Shown here one piece after another: positions 13,204 through 27,896 of a stretch of 64,000 nucleotides of DNA. Numbering within the stretch: the first letter of the stretch is position 1; every line of letters begins with the position of its first letter. This stretch comes from Octopus sinensis. Lineage: Eukaryota. Both the position numbers and the translations under genes were made by a program. The stretch lies in contig NC_043007.1 in assembly GCF_006345805.1 (NCBI RefSeq), positions 8,804,001 through 8,868,000 on the forward strand. The letters are read 5' to 3'. The notes under the pieces are model-generated. The model did no database searches, was not told the DNA's origin, and saw nothing but the letters and a program-made list of their open reading frames with translations.

Positions 13204-13756
13204 GTGTGAGAGAGCAGTGCATGCCATCAAAGTGACACTGGGGTAAAATATACGAAGCCCAGTATACCCATCATGACTACCCGTCTGACAAGGGTACACA
13301 TGCATCACAACCCTGTGTGCGCGACATGGTGATGTCATATGAAAATATACAGCACATGACCTTGCAGGTGGGGGCCCAGTTAGAAGTTTCTTCTGGTCGA
13401 GTAACCCATCCCAATCAAAAGGTCCCTGAATAAGGGTTGTTTAAAGATGTTGAGCGAAACACCCAATTTTGCAGAGGTCAATTATTCAAACCCCAAGTAA
13501 TCCCTCTCAACACATGGCTATGATGCTCCCTAACTACTTCTGCTCGTGATCAGAGATGCACATATCGTCAGCCACTAAGGGACATGCTCAAATGGTTAAG
13601 GCCAAAACAACTGACAAGCAAATCTGTGGTATTGAGCAGAACATTTGCTGTAGCCCATCTTTTATACCAAGATAAAACAATGTACATGATAACACTTCCA
13701 ATCAGTTAAGATCAGAAGCCATGAGAGCCAATGCCTGGTACTGCATCAGGGCATTT
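13204..13756 (-). mobile_element. 553-bp (TAA)n-embedded element, copy 2
   Basis: Same ends and length as 7119-7671; flanked by (ATT)n at 13165-13203 and 13757-13965. Confidence 0.85.
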
Positions 13757-13883
13757 ATTATTATTATTATTATTATATTATTATTATTATTATTATTATA
13801 TTATTATATTATTATTATATTATTATTATATCATTATTATTATTATTATATTGTTATTATTATTATCATTATTATCATTATTA

Positions 13884-13964
<81 letters not shown>

Positions 13965-15832
13965 GTATGCCACTCCCTCAATGTCTTTCATGAAGCTATT
14001 ATTGTTGATGCTGTTATTTATCTCCCGTTTGAATCCCCTCCGCAGGACTGTAAAAAATATCGTTTTATCGCTGATTTATTGTTTCATTAAAGAATAAAAC
14101 CTTTTAAAAATCCTTGTCGAATAATTTATTAGGATGAGCTTAGTTGCTCTTAATATCCTCTTAGGATGTGTCCTATCTGTTGTATGTTTACAAACGCAAT
14201 TGTTTTTCTCTCTAAAGTGCAGTGAAGTAAACTATACATTTAATATTATACAGACTTATACATATATGAATGCATGTATACATACATACCCTACATACAT
14301 ATATACCCCCTACACATATGTATGCATATATATATATATACAAAAATATAATCATGTATTTGGATTGCCGTTAATTTTAATGAGGAACACGCCATTCAAT
14401 GAGTCTTCTTTCCATCCCAGAATCTACGCTACTCCCAATATAGGCTTGGTGGTAATGCGGGTTTCATTTGCCGATAAATCGACGATGGAAAGAGTAAGAT
14501 TGTACTGCGGTTGCATGATACCTGTAATACTCACGATAAACCTCACATCCAAACACACACATACACACACGTATATATAAATGGAAATATCCAATCGATC
14601 GTTTTCATTACAAAAGAAATTATTCAGATCTAACGATATCTGATTGCAAGGGTGCACAAAGAAGTTATTGTGCCACACAACGTATGTGATATATATGTGT
14701 AGTATGGATTTTAAGAATTATAATTCAAAGCTTTAGAAAATTCATGACAAAAGTTGAGCATCGTCGAAAACATATTATTTATTAATTTTCTTATATAAAA
14801 GAATGATTGCATTACGAGATAAGGAAAATTACTCTTTACATTTCTCTTCTTGTCTTATTTTTATTTATTTAAATATTGTTTTCCATGCGCCAGTAATTTT
14901 TTCATATTTAGTTTCCAGTATCTGAGGAATACACAATAATTAAGAATTTCGATATTGCCATTGTTAGAAAGAAAAATATACATTGTATGTTGTGATTCTT
15001 GAATGTACTATATGAGAAAAATATGAGAAAATGGCGGACGATCACGGTTTTACAAACCTACAATATAGACACTCTCGGATGGGAATATTTAAAAAAAACA
15101 GTAGCAACATAACATGTGCATTTTATTTCGTTTTAATTCTCTGAAAATAGCTATGAAAAATTCGGGAAATTCATTCTTTTGCTGACTGCTGTTTTGAGAA
15201 AAATTTTATATTCATATGAATAACAAAACTTATAGGGAGAATTTAGTCTTATTTATTGGTGGTCATTTGAAGACAACTGCAATCTATTGCCAACGGTCGA
15301 AACAGCTGGAGATCTCTTTTGGCTCCACGTGAAAGTTAAGAATTAAGAAGAATGTAAAACGGATAGTGATAGTGCGTAGCCTAGTGGTTAGGCGTGCTAC
15401 CTACACAACAGTCATATCGTGGTTTCGATTCCCATACCGTCTGCCAGTTACGTTTTTTAGCAAAACATCATTTTACATCCTATTTCGTAATAATCTTTCA
15501 TAAATTCCACCATAGCATCCTGACAAATTGCAAAATGGCGAAATGAAGTTTGCGTGTGAAAGTTATGTAATGAATAAAATCCACTAAATAAATCCAGCAG
15601 AGCCTAATTATTTGCGAATTACAAAGCACCCTTCGTGGGTGGTAGTACACAAAACTGAAGTTATCTCTCTCTCTCTGTCTTTCACTCTATTTATATATGT
15701 ATGTATATATGCATGCATGTCTCTTCTATTTTCTTTTAATTATAATAAATCTTCCACTCAGGTGGGAGCCGGTTTCCAACAGAGATACAAGGTTCCATCT
15801 TTGGGATGTTGTTAACACGGGCAAATTCACAT

Positions 15833-16740
15833 TTAGAACTTGAGAAAAGTCTTGCATATTTCTATTGTTCCACTCACAGATTGCACTTGCAATGTACGAA
15901 TTAGCCGGTCGATTTCTCTTTCTGAAAATTCCAGTTTATCCATCTTAGGCATTTAATAATAAAACCTTATACTGCAATTCTTGTTGGTATACATATGAAT
16001 TCATAGTCTGACTATAGGAGCTGGAGGTTTCGAAACAGTTGCCCATATATATTCTCTTTTTCTTTGATTTTCAAAAATATATTTATATCTGCAGAGCAGC
16101 TGGCCTCTATGATGGTACATACCTTTGCCTCTTTGTTCCAAACAACAATATCCGGCATGTTATGTTTACATTTGACAGAATTTTTCATGAGAATATTCCA
16201 TTAGCATTCCTTGATTTGTTGTTTATGGAAGTATTCTATAACAGAGGGATTTTCTAAGTTTATTTCAAGACAGTCGTCCTTGCGGATGGCATTATAAATT
16301 GTTTTAACAACAACATCGTACCGCATTGGGAGGTAGTACCGTGACGACATTTTAGGATAGTCGCTAATCACATGCGTGATGTCTTCCACAGAAACATGAC
16401 AGCCTAGAGATGCGGTTGCAACTTGGGATTAGAAGAGCGTCAGTGTCTCTCTTGCTCACTAGGAACTTTGTGGCAATCACCTGTTCTGGACTGCAAAGGC
16501 ATAGACTTCAAAGTGTGATGTGATATAGTGGTCTTGTGTCCAAGGGAGGCTGCGCTTTGTGTTAATTCTACTGTCCTCTTCAAGCTTCTGGGCAACATAC
16601 CCATGCAGTCTTTCCATCCAGGTCTTATCTGAGGCAAGAGGGCTAAGCTCTTTTGGGGCTGTATTGGAGGTCATCAGAAAGGGAGTGTTTCTTGAGGAGC
16701 ACAGTGCATGGCAAGTAAATGGGCCCAAGTACTTATCTTA
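15833..16740 (-). pseudogene. RLE-type non-LTR retrotransposon (R4/Dong/NeSL-like) 3' fragment: post-RT region, CCHC knuckle, restriction-like endonuclease
   Basis: Across frameshifts: W-ERLHG...HFEVYAFAVQ-EQVIAT...RL(C)HVSVEDITHVIS...RYDVV...KHNMPDIVVWNKEAKVCTIIEASC...KEKENIY...GTIEICKTFLKF*. These match the RHD, PDIV and E-x-x-x motifs of RLE elements. Confidence 0.85.
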
Positions 16741-16749
16741 TTAAGCTCA

Positions 16750-16858
16750 GTATTTATTGTATCGTTCTCTTTTGCCAAACTGCTTAGTTACGAAGACTTC
16801 AACACAACACTACTGGCCGTTTAGAGGAACAAACACACACACATATACATACATATAT

Positions 16859-16903
<45 letters not shown>

Positions 16904-17078
16904 CAGAGTGAGAGAGGGAAGACAAACTTCTTTCACTTTCTAACAAACTTTCTCACACTGCATTGGTCAGCCCAAAGCTATAGTAGAAGACACTTGCTTA
17001 AGGTTCTACTCAGTGAGATTTATCCCGAAACCATCTGGTTGGGAAGCATACTTCTTACCACACAGCCACGCCTGTGCC
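16750..17078 (-). mobile_element. SINE family A, diverged
   Basis: Recognisable head, body and internal (CA)n. Confidence 0.8.
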
Positions 17079-17558
17079 TATTGTTGAAAAGTTTTTACAT
17101 GTAGAATACTATTCGGGAAAATAAAAGGAAAAAAAGAGATTATTTAGAAGTAAAATAATATTTATCTTTTTTCACAGCGAAATCAATAGCTGTATCAGAA
17201 TAGGGGTTGTTTGAGTAAAAGGTGGAAAAAAAAAAGAAGAATGAAGAATTTACAGACGGTGAAATCGATCGAAGCGAAAATTTTGTTTATCAAATAAAAA
17301 TTGTATTTATTCAGAGAATTTAACAGCAATAATTAAAAAAATTGAGGATAAATGGTGGTTGCGGTGGTGTTGAGGATAATAATGATGGTTCTGATAATGA
17401 TCCCGGGGATTGTACATCGATATATAATTCAAGAAAAAAATGTTGACGTTTATATGGATACATGTATCTATATGTATACGTGCTTGTATTTGTATGTATG
17501 TATGTATGTATGTATGTATGTATGTATGTATGTATGTATGTATGTATGTATATATGTG

Positions 17559-17589
<31 letters not shown>

Positions 17590-17659
17590 ATATAAAATGC
17601 ATGCATGAATCCATCGGTCCAAATAATCATCCATTTATCCGTACATCTATCCATACATG

Positions 17660-17812
17660 GTCGCAAACTCTATCCCCGACACTTTCGACTCAACGGGCGT
17701 AAGGCCACATTCTCCGTCCGTATCGCAGCCCCGTGGAACAAGCTATCACAAGATGTCATTCAACTGCCAACCATGTTCCTGTTCAAAGAGGCTCTGAAAA
17801 ACTGTATAAAAC
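17660..17812 (+). pseudogene. CR1/L2-type LINE ORF2 C-terminal fragment
   Basis: GRKLYPRHFRLNGRKATFSVRIAAPWNKLSQDVIQLPTMFLFKEALK fits the CR1 terminal motif GH..KL...RK.FFS.RV...WN.LP...FK..L. Confidence 0.7.
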
Positions 17813-18569
17813 TGTATATAACAATAACTGATTTTTTTTTTTTTTTTACATGGCTTCAGCACATTGAGCTCCTCTGCTAATAAATTTGATGTGATTTGAC
17901 ATACACACATACATATCTGTACATCTAGATTTCAGTGTTGTTTATTAAATTGTAGATGGTTAAAGACTTACGTTCAGGAAGTTAAGTTTCCTCTCAAAAA
18001 TTCGATGTTAGTTGCACGTCTTCGGCAGATGACTCCATCGATTTCAAAGACACAGAATATAGAAACACAGACAGTGCAACGATAATCGTGCAGCGATCAG
18101 CGACTAATTGGCACACAAATTAATGTCCTGAACGAAATTCTCCACCCTTATGTGATTTATGATATATATATATATAATATAATATATATATAATAAAACA
18201 AGTCTTTTACGTTTCGAGTCTATGCTCTTCAACAGAAAGATACACAGAAAAGAAACACAGAAAGAAACAAGGAGAGAAAAAAAAATGCGTGCAGAGGCTA
18301 GCGAATCAACATGGCGATCTGATTTCGGCCAGAAGTCAAAGATCAAACGTGAAACGCAAGAGCGAAATTAGGGGAAATAACAGATATATGTGTGTGTATG
18401 TCTTCGTGTCTGTATATGTATATGTGTGTAAGTGTGTGTGTCTGTGTGTACGTGTGTATGTGCGTATATGTGTGTGCATGTTTGCGTGTGTCAGCCTTTG
18501 TGTGTTTGTCTGTGTCACGAACGTATGCATATTTGCTTGAGTTTAAATTATATGCGTATCTACGTATAC

Positions 18570-18571
<2 letters not shown>

Positions 18572-18652
<81 letters not shown>
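18572..18652. repeat. (TATC)n tetranucleotide microsatellite
   Basis: Direct reading; another at 44561-44620. Confidence 0.95.
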
Positions 18653-18653
<1 letters not shown>

Positions 18654-18712
18654 ACAGACATGTTTTTGTGTATGTGCATATATATATTTGCGGTTATATA
18701 CATGAGTTTATA

Positions 18713-19995
18713 TACAAGGTGGGGTGAATAAACTGTCGTCTAAATTAGTTAAAAAGGAAAATAATATTGACATCTCATCTTAACAGATATATTTACTAAA
18801 ATTAATTAAAATATCTTGAAATACAAAAGAGTAACTGTATTCAATAAAATCGCCATTGGCTTCAACCATGTGCTCGGGACGACTTCAGAATCGAATCGGC
18901 TACAACTCTTCTGGGCGGTTTCCTTGTTTAAGGTAGTGAATGCTGCCATAATCCTTGCTCTCAGTTCATCTTTGGTGGTGTTACAAGCAGTTTTGCTGGT
19001 TTCTCGCTCAACTGTGCCACATACATAACAGTCAAGGAGGTTGCAGTGTGGGGAGTTAGATGGCCAGATGTTAGGGGCGATGTGGTCAGAGAAATTGCCT
19101 GACAGCCATGACAGAGTTCTTTTGCCTGTGTAGCATGGTGCACAGGCCTGCTGCCGGGCATAGGGTCTTCCAGTAGCCACTCTCTTGACCCATGGCAGCA
19201 CTACCTACTTTAGGCACTTGATGTAGGCGTCTGTGTTGAGTCTGAGGCTGTGTGGGAAGATGAATAGATACAGAACGTCGCCATCACCAGTGATCACTCC
19301 AAACAACCTGATGTTGCCTGTATGTTGGATTTTGATCACTCTCAATACATATTTGGGGGACACTGGAAGCCACAAGTTGTTTTGTGTGTTCACAATCTGA
19401 TCCTGGCAGAAATGTCTCTCGCCTAAGAAAAACCAAAGCATATTCTGTTGGAGGAGATGCTTGACATTGTTCAAAAGCTTCGTAGCGCGGTGATTGCTCT
19501 TGTCCTTAATGGATTGGGATAAAAATTGGCCCTTTCTCATCTTGTATGAGGAATGTCGAATGTCCTCATGCGCTACCTGCCTGATAAGAGACTTAGACAC
19601 TCTGACTGAATTGGAGAGATCGTTGTCAATCATAGCCTGGACTTCACCAACAAATTCAGGATTTCTTTTCTTATTAGAACAATCAGAGTGTGTTTTCCAA
19701 GCTACCGTACCTTCGTTATCACCATTTGATCGATTCAACTCTTTGCGAATCCTCTGCACTGACCTCACATTAACACCAAACCCTCTGAACTGCTCGTACT
19801 GGATCTTCCGGCGCGAATGTCAAGCGGTACAACATGTCGTTTCCATATTTCTGGCAAATGGAATTGCATCATGGTGCTATTATTCTCACAAACGGTACCC
19901 AACTGACCCTACTATACTGTAGTAGACGACAAAGACGAAAAGACAATACGTATGCAGGAAATTAAGATTATAAAATTTACCCATCGCACCCTTAC
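18713..19995 (-). mobile_element. Tc1/mariner DD37D (maT-type) transposon, inactive
   Basis: ORFs 19205-19768 and 18806-19201 give WFF..E..F.QDQ.VN.QN, VITGDGD and QQ(D>A)CAPCYT...W(PSNSP)HCNLLD. There are 37 residues between the second and third catalytic positions. Stops and frameshifts present; TIRs degenerate. Confidence 0.85.
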
Positions 19996-20288
19996 AAACT
20001 TACATACACACATATATGCATACACACACATATATACACAAACACACACACATATTTTCAGATATAGATACATACAAAGCTATATATTGCTCGAAGCAGA
20101 TCAGCGTAACGGTCACTGCTTAGTGTCTCACTACGTGAATGTTATTAGGTAAAAAAGAAAAAAAGCAAAGCAAATGATGATGATCATGATGGTAATAATA
20201 ATAATAATGATAATAATAAAGGGAAGAAGAAGGAGAAGAAAAAGACGAATAAGAAGACGAAGAATAAAAAGAAGGTGAAGAAGAAGAT

Positions 20289-20350
20289 ATGTATGTATAT
20301 GCATATGAATATATTATATTTATATATATATTTATAAACATACATACATG

Positions 20351-20398
<48 letters not shown>

Positions 20399-20429
20399 CA
20401 TACACACACATACTTACACAGACACGAAG

Positions 20430-20526
<97 letters not shown>

Positions 20527-21213
20527 GTAGGTCGTCTATATAGTGAATCATCAGCTTCGTACGTATAAATACAACACAACATATATTGAATGATTTTTTT
20601 TCGTAATTTTACATCTTAACATTCATACTTACATATCCATACACACAAACACGTACACACATGTGTATATATGTATATGTGTTCGTGTGAGTGTGTGTGT
20701 GTATGTATATTTGTGTGTGTTTCTGTATGCATGTGTGTGTCTATAAATGTAAGATGTAAGTGTTTTAGTAGATTGCGGTTAATATCCATATTACTCTGCT
20801 AAAATATTCCAACTGTCAGAATAGACATATAAATGTCCGCAGTAAATTAGATTAGGAGAAAGAGGTGACAAAAAAATAGAGCAGAACAACAATGTACAGA
20901 GAATATCGATGTGGCATAAATCTCGTCTCGTATAAAGAAACAATGGCTGATACAATGACTGAATATATTAATAATGGCGACGTTGCAAACGCAGACACAC
21001 ACCACACACACACACACACATCTACACGCACAAACACACGCACAAACACACGCACACACTCACTGCTTTATATAAATATATACCTACTTATATACAAATG
21101 TATATTCCTATATATATGTACATATATATGCATGTATATATGTATGTATATATGTATGTACGTAAGAATATGAATCTATATATGAATATATATACATACA
21201 TATATGTATATAC

Positions 21214-21265
<52 letters not shown>

Positions 21266-21369
21266 GTATATATACATACATATACATATATATATACAGA
21301 TATATATACATATATGTATATATATATATACACACATACATATATATGTATATGCATGTATATATGTAT

Positions 21370-21419
<50 letters not shown>

Positions 21420-21503
21420 ATATACAAATATGCATATATATATATTTGAATATATAAATATTTCCTCTGTGAACTTGTATTTAGCTAGGATTGCTTATAT
21501 AAT

Positions 21504-21541
<38 letters not shown>

Positions 21542-21610
21542 CATTCACACCTACATACATACACCTATATGCATACATACATACATATATATATGTATAT
21601 AGATATATAT

Positions 21611-21642
<32 letters not shown>

Positions 21643-21830
21643 TATACATACATATACGCACATACATGATATATATACAACTACATATCTATGCATATGC
21701 ATTATATACTTATATGCGCGTGTGTATATGTATGCCTCTAACCATGCGCCTTGTGTCTGTTTCATGAATATCTATACACATATACACACGCGCACACGCA
21801 CACACCCACTCGTACACGCGCATGCATATA
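20289..21830. repeat. Compound (TA)n/(CA)n/(TATG)n microsatellite field
   Basis: Direct reading. Similar fields at 11130-11650, 34430-34815, 35450-36530 and 42940-43380. Confidence 0.9.
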
Positions 21831-22138
21831 TAAACACTTGAATGCATGTATGAGTGCGTGTGTGTGTGTGTGTGTGTGTGTGGAAATCCTCGCACCCAAG
21901 CACTTTTAGATATAATAAGAAAACAGTAATAAAAGAATTGTGAAATTGAATACAATTGAAGAAATGATGTACAGTCGGTTGCCATAGTTGAACAGTAGGT
22001 ATAATGATGATTAGATTTGATGAAGAGAAAATATGTGGGGATACAACTGTACTTTATACGTTGCTTGTTATACACAGCTGATCTCCCATCCATATCACTT
22101 GGTTTGTATAAACAGTAACTATATATGTATCGATAAAA

Positions 22139-22551
22139 GGCGGCGAGCTGGCAGAATCGTTAGCAGGCCGGACGAAATGTTTAGCGGTATTTCGTCTGTC
22201 TTTACGTTCTGAGTTCAAATTCCACCCAGGTCGACTTTGCCTTTCATCCTTTCGGGGTCGATAAATTAAGTAGCAGTTACGCACTGGTGTCGATGTAATC
22301 GACTTAATCCGCTTGTCTGTCCTTGTTTGTCCTCTCTGTGTGTAGACCCTTGTGGGTGGTAAAGAAATAGGTATTTCTTCTGCCGTTACGTTCTGGGATC
22401 GAATTCCGCCGAAGTCGACTTTATCTTTCATCCTTTCGGGGTCGATTAAATAAAGTACCAACTACGCACTGGGCTCGATGTAATCGACTTAATCTATTTG
22501 TCTGTCCTTGTTTGTCCCCTCTATGTTTAGCTCCTTGTGGGCAATAAAGAA
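22139..22551 (+). mobile_element. SINE family B, head plus two tandem bodies
   Basis: Head GGCGGCGAGCTGGCAGAATCGTTAGC; the body repeats after the junction AAAGAAATAG|GTATTTC at 22370/22371. Confidence 0.9.
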
Positions 22552-23599
22552 AGTATGTATGTATGTCTTTGTATGTATGTGTATGTATCTATATATGTGT
22601 GTGTATTGATATATGTATGTATATATGTATGCCAATATTATGCATGTGTTTATTTCAAAACTGAAAACCGGAAAAATTTTGTTTATTTTTAATCCAATGA
22701 TACATGTGTTTCATTACAATGTAGGAGTCACAAGGTTATTCATGTAGAAACAAACATGTATTGAATCTATCTGTAACTCGTCAGACAGAGATGAAAATTT
22801 AATGCAAATTTAGAAATTAATGATCTATATTATGAAACACTAATTAGGAACATATTCAGATGTGTGCATGAATGTATATACGTATGTATGTATGTATGTA
22901 TGTATGTATGTATGTATATATGTATGTACGTGTATATGTCTATATGTCATATGGCCAGGCTGTCACCTGGCCATGTGACATACCTGGAAACGTACCAAGT
23001 GTACTTGTTAAGGTGAGCGGTTTCTCTTCTCGTTGGGTACACTGTGACAGGGCCAATGAACCGTTATCGAAATACAAATGTTTATGATGTTTGCACATCA
23101 TCAAGGAATACATCTTTGTGATAACATCCCGAGGAATAAGAAGCCCCTAATCGTAGTGTAGTCGTCTGTGTAGGAAACTCAGATGTGACGCCTGTCTCTT
23201 CATTTGAAGCAATGATGTGAACTATTTTCTTCCTTTTTAGCATATGAAGTTACTCTCAGATTCTGATTGTCCACGTGCAAGGCTTTTCCTCACTTTAAAA
23301 TGCTTTACTTACAGACTCGGCTCGAGTTATAACATTTCTCCTAACACGGCTATTATTTTTTGCACAGTACAGCCGGCTGTAACCAAAGTAAGCAAAGCAA
23401 TCAAGGAAAAATTATACGTTTTGATCTAATGCAATTAAAGACACTGGAACGGATAGGAAAAGCGTTTGTGCCATCAGGTCTTGCAGGGTCACGGAACCTG
23501 TACCCATTCGTCATGATGAAATTGTAAGAAATTTCGGATCTTTGTATATTGTTGCTTGAATATTCGCAATTTATTAAATTATGAACATGTACAGTATAA

Positions 23600-24350
23600 T
23601 GGGAATTCACTAATTGCCTAACGTAAATGAATATGCCATTGCCAAGCGACAGGTTTGATATCCTAGTGTGTGTCTACTCCCCGGCCATCTGCACCTCTGA
23701 AGATGAAAAAATTAGCATTTTATTTTTCGCAGAAGTAGCATGTCGACATGATTTCTTATGCTGCTAGAATTGTCATAATTGGCTAGTTCATTGCACAGAT
23801 TACCAGTCTTGGTAAGAACAGATCGAAAAGAGCAATAAAAATAATGGCTTGTTGTAGCTACAAATATATATCAAGAGAGATGCTTTGCTTAGCAGACACC
23901 GTATTCCGGCAGAAATATGAATATAAAATAATCTTAGATAAATCCAAGTTGTAAAAAGTGGTGAACGATCCATTTGGTTCTTGTTCGTAGCTGTGATGGT
24001 CATGATGTGCGTTGTCCATATTATGCGGGAAGCTGAATGCTGAACTGACCATTGTTCTGTTCGTATAAATGTATATTCTGTTATAAAACCGAAATTTAGT
24101 GTCAGTGATGTGACCATCCCAAAGAAATTAAATGTGATGCGTGTGAAAGTCGATGCTTTTACGGAAGAATCGGTGTGAGAATGGACGACGTTCGACACAA
24201 TGACTCGTAGGGTGAGTTGCAAACATTCGCGCATGACATTTGTAAATATGGTCTGGGTTTCGGAGAAAGAAACAAGGTTGGTTTGATAAAAATAATGCTG
24301 TTCATCGCTATTTAATAAAGGTAATACCTGAGCAGGTCTATGGCTTCTCA
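23600..24350 (+). pseudogene. RTE-clade LINE apurinic-like endonuclease fragment, heavily decayed
   Basis: Patchy translation LPSDRFDILVCVYSP...SEDEK, LCLADTVFRQKYEYK..NPSCKKW..LVLVRSCDGHDVR, KKLNV and WFDKNN matches RTE EN and post-EN motifs. Confidence 0.6.
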
Positions 24351-25321
24351 CTTCAGAAACTCACTTGTCTGTGTTATTTTAGGCATGTCATCCATACTTT
24401 ACCGGCTTGCCCGTCCTGTGACAACTCTACCATATCACTTAATTCTGATACTTGAGTAGACACAACAAAATGAATTGATGGAATTCGTTCAAGAGAAGAA
24501 CGCATCGCTCGGTAATGGACTCAGAATCACCATCTTACGATCATGCGTTCAGCGCCCAAAGTACTAATCTACGAATCTTCACAGCTCAGACACTTATAAA
24601 TGAAAAGCATATATTGCTCACAAGAATCCTCGGTGGGTAACCAAAAACGCATATAATTTAAATAAAGGGAGGTGAAGTGTCAAGTACAACACAGGCATCA
24701 TGGCATACAGTATATATTTAGTTGAGGAATACTGGAAAACGGCAACCAATTTGTCTTTAAGTCTTACAGTTTAAAGCTTCTGTATAACTTAGGGAATTTT
24801 TATGGGACATATTTATCTATTGTTATTCTTCTCGTATTCCGTGTGACAAAGAATTGCCGAGAGAGCCCTAAATATATTAAATAGACTTTCTTAGTGTGAT
24901 AATGAATTTGTTGACGTCATTCCCTGTATGCCCAGAAACTTTTGAGAATCTTGTTAAGCCGACGAATAGGACTGGCAGGAATGGTTCCCGTAATATATTT
25001 GTTTGTATGTATATATATATATATATATATATACACATACATACATATACATACATACATATACATACATACGTACATACTTAGATGCCTACATACATAC
25101 ATACATAATTACATACATTTATATATTTATGTAAGTATGTACGTATGTTTGTAATTATGTATGTATGTATGTATATATATATATACATATACATATATAT
25201 ATATATACATACATGTGTATATATGTACACACACATATATAGATACTGTGCATACATATACATATATATGTAAATATATATGGTATCCGTACATGAGTAT
25301 ATATATATAAGTATACATCTA

Positions 25322-25440
25322 CACGAAGGTGCTAGAAAGTTCCTGGCTTTGGGTAAAAGAAAACACTAGAGGATCAGTTAATTGTGACTTTATATTACGC
25401 TGAGATGCACACACTATTTGCAGCGATCCTTCTCTTTATC
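25322..25440 (-). mobile_element. Mariner-type terminal fragment
   Basis: TACACGAAGGTGCTAGAAAGTTCCTGGCTT resembles a mariner TIR, and the adjoining sequence resembles the transposase C-terminus on the minus strand. Confidence 0.45.
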
Positions 25441-26287
25441 TACGCCCTATATAAAAAAAAAAAACGCAGAAGGGTGGGTCTCCAATTAAGCCTTTAGCGA
25501 CACCTTTAACGCCAGACACATTTCAGCATTCCACCTACATGTATATAATTGTGTGTATATATATAATATATATATGTATATATATATATATATATACAAA
25601 CATATATACATACATATATATATATATACACATATATATATATATATATATGCAAACACACAACTCATACATACATGAATACACGGGTCATTTGAAGCTG
25701 CTTCATTTGGTTCGCATACTAACACACACACACACACACATACACACACACGCAGGCACACAGGCACACACATACATATATTTAAGTATATAACAATATG
25801 TTTGCAGGCGCATGCGTCAGCCTATCCGCCTTTGTCTAGCATATATGAAGTGTGTGAATATAGCGCTTATTATTTTTTTTTTCAATACAACGTGAACAAT
25901 ATATATATATATAGACAATAAATAAGTCTAGAGAAATCTATAATAACTCCAAATATTTCAAAATACCAATACCTGTTCCACTAAATCATTTAAGTTGGCA
26001 TGAAATGTTGATGGATGGTATTTTATCATATTTATTTATGTTCCTCTTAGCTTTTTTCTTTTGTCGTCTTTAATAACTGAAACATCTTTCTGAGTATTGT
26101 TACACGTCATCTTCTCTATTCTTCCCTATATTCTCGTAATTTTTGTATCTGATGATTTTCGGTGTAGAAACCCATATATCCAACAATTCTTATTAGTATG
26201 TTGTGTATCTATGTGTGCGTATGCAGATGTAAGTTTGTTTATGTTTGTATGTATGTATGTATGTATGTATGTATGTATGTATGTATG

Positions 26288-26318
<31 letters not shown>

Positions 26319-26597
26319 GTATGTATGTATGTATGCAAGCATGTATGTATGTATGTTTGTATTTATGTATTTATCTATGTATGTTTGCATGCTTATATGT
26401 TGTATGAAAGTATGTGAACAAGCAATAAGAACCGAAAACTGAATGAATAATTGTCGCGTACAGAGTACATCCAGTCATTCGTGAATGTGTAATGGAAATA
26501 AAAATTATTTTTATGTATTTGTGTACATTTAAACTAATTAAATATTACTTTACCGAATAATAGAATTAAAATTTCTTTGATTAAAACCCTTTCTAAC

Positions 26598-27839
26598 ATG
26601 GACGTATCCAAAGAGTATTTGAGGCACATAATGCTTTATGAGTACAAAAAACAGAAACTCTGCAGCCGAAGCGACTCGACACATACACTCAGCTTATGGG
26701 AAACAATGCTTGAATGAAAGAACTTGCAGAAGATGGTTTGCAAAATTCAGAAGTGGAGATTTCATCCTTGAAAATGAAGATTGAACAGGACGTCCAGTTG
26801 AGTTTAATGATAAGCTCATTGAGGCATTACTTGAAGAAAATCTTGCATTATCAGTTGAAGAATTAGCAATAAAGCTTAGTTCAAACCATACAACTGTTCA
26901 TCGTCATCTTCAACAACTTGGAAAATGGGTGCCTCATGAATTGTCCAAAAGCAACCGCAAATCCCGAGATGACATCTACTCTTTTCTCCAATATCGCGAA
27001 GTCACTTCATCCTTTTTGGATAGACTTGTGACTGGTGACGAAAAATGTATCTCCTATCGAAAAGTTAAACTTCGTAAACAGTGGCTTGGTAAAAGGAAGA
27101 AAGCTCAACTATAACCCCGAAGGGAACTTCATGGGAAAAAGGTTCTTCTCTTTATCTGGTGGGATTGCAAAGGAGTAATTCACGTTGAATTGTTACCACC
27201 TAATGCAACAATTAGAGCTCAAGTCTACTGTCAGCAACTAGAACTTTTCAACGAAGCTTTGAAGAAAAAAAAAAATCGCTTTAGTGAATCAAAAAGGAGT
27301 GATGTTTCATCAGGACAATGCGCGACCCCACACTGCAAAGATCACATCACAGAAGATCGAAGAGCTTGGTTGGGAAAAAATTCCTCATCCACCTTATTCT
27401 CCCAACCATGCTCCTTCAGACTACCATTTGCTTCGTAGTTTACAGAATCATTTGGGGGACATAACTTTCGCAAGCCAGGAGGAGGTCGAAACTCACATTT
27501 CAGAGTTCTTCGCATTGAAACCAAAAGTGTTTTACATTGATGGGATTAAAAAGCTTGTAAATAGATGGAAGGGTGTCATAGATAATCAGGGAAAGTACAT
27601 TGATGATTAAATTTCAATTAAATATAACATTTGATTCACTTTTACTCTCTCTCTCTCTTTTACTTGTTTCAGTAATTTGACTGCGGCCATGCTGGAGCAC
27701 CGCCTTTAGTCGAGCAAATCGTCCCAGGGACTTATTCTTTTGTAAGCCCAGTACTTATTCTATCGGTCTCTTTTGCCGAACCGCTAAGTGACGGGGACGT
27801 AAACACACCAGCATCGGTTGTCAAGCAATGCTAGGGGGA

Positions 27840-27896
<57 letters not shown>

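Noticed and set aside
14424-14678. 84-aa ORF with a non-repetitive middle (MQPQYNLTLSIVDLSANETRITTK)
   Set aside because: No recognisable family, it spans a microsatellite, and there are no supporting splice partners.
16005-16052. CTGACTA...GAAACAGTTG hammerhead look-alike
   Set aside because: Lies inside the minus-strand RLE coding remnant (RNLQLL); core and stems are poor.
22139-22551. CRISPR-like or prokaryotic-system interpretation of periodic repeats
   Set aside because: The repeats are SINE bodies without unique spacers; the sequence is eukaryotic and has no cas-like ORFs.
22943-22982. HDV-like ribozyme hypothesis for the GGCCAGG/CCTGGCC stem
   Set aside because: The P1 strands are only 6 nt apart, leaving no room for the nested P2/P3 pseudoknot.
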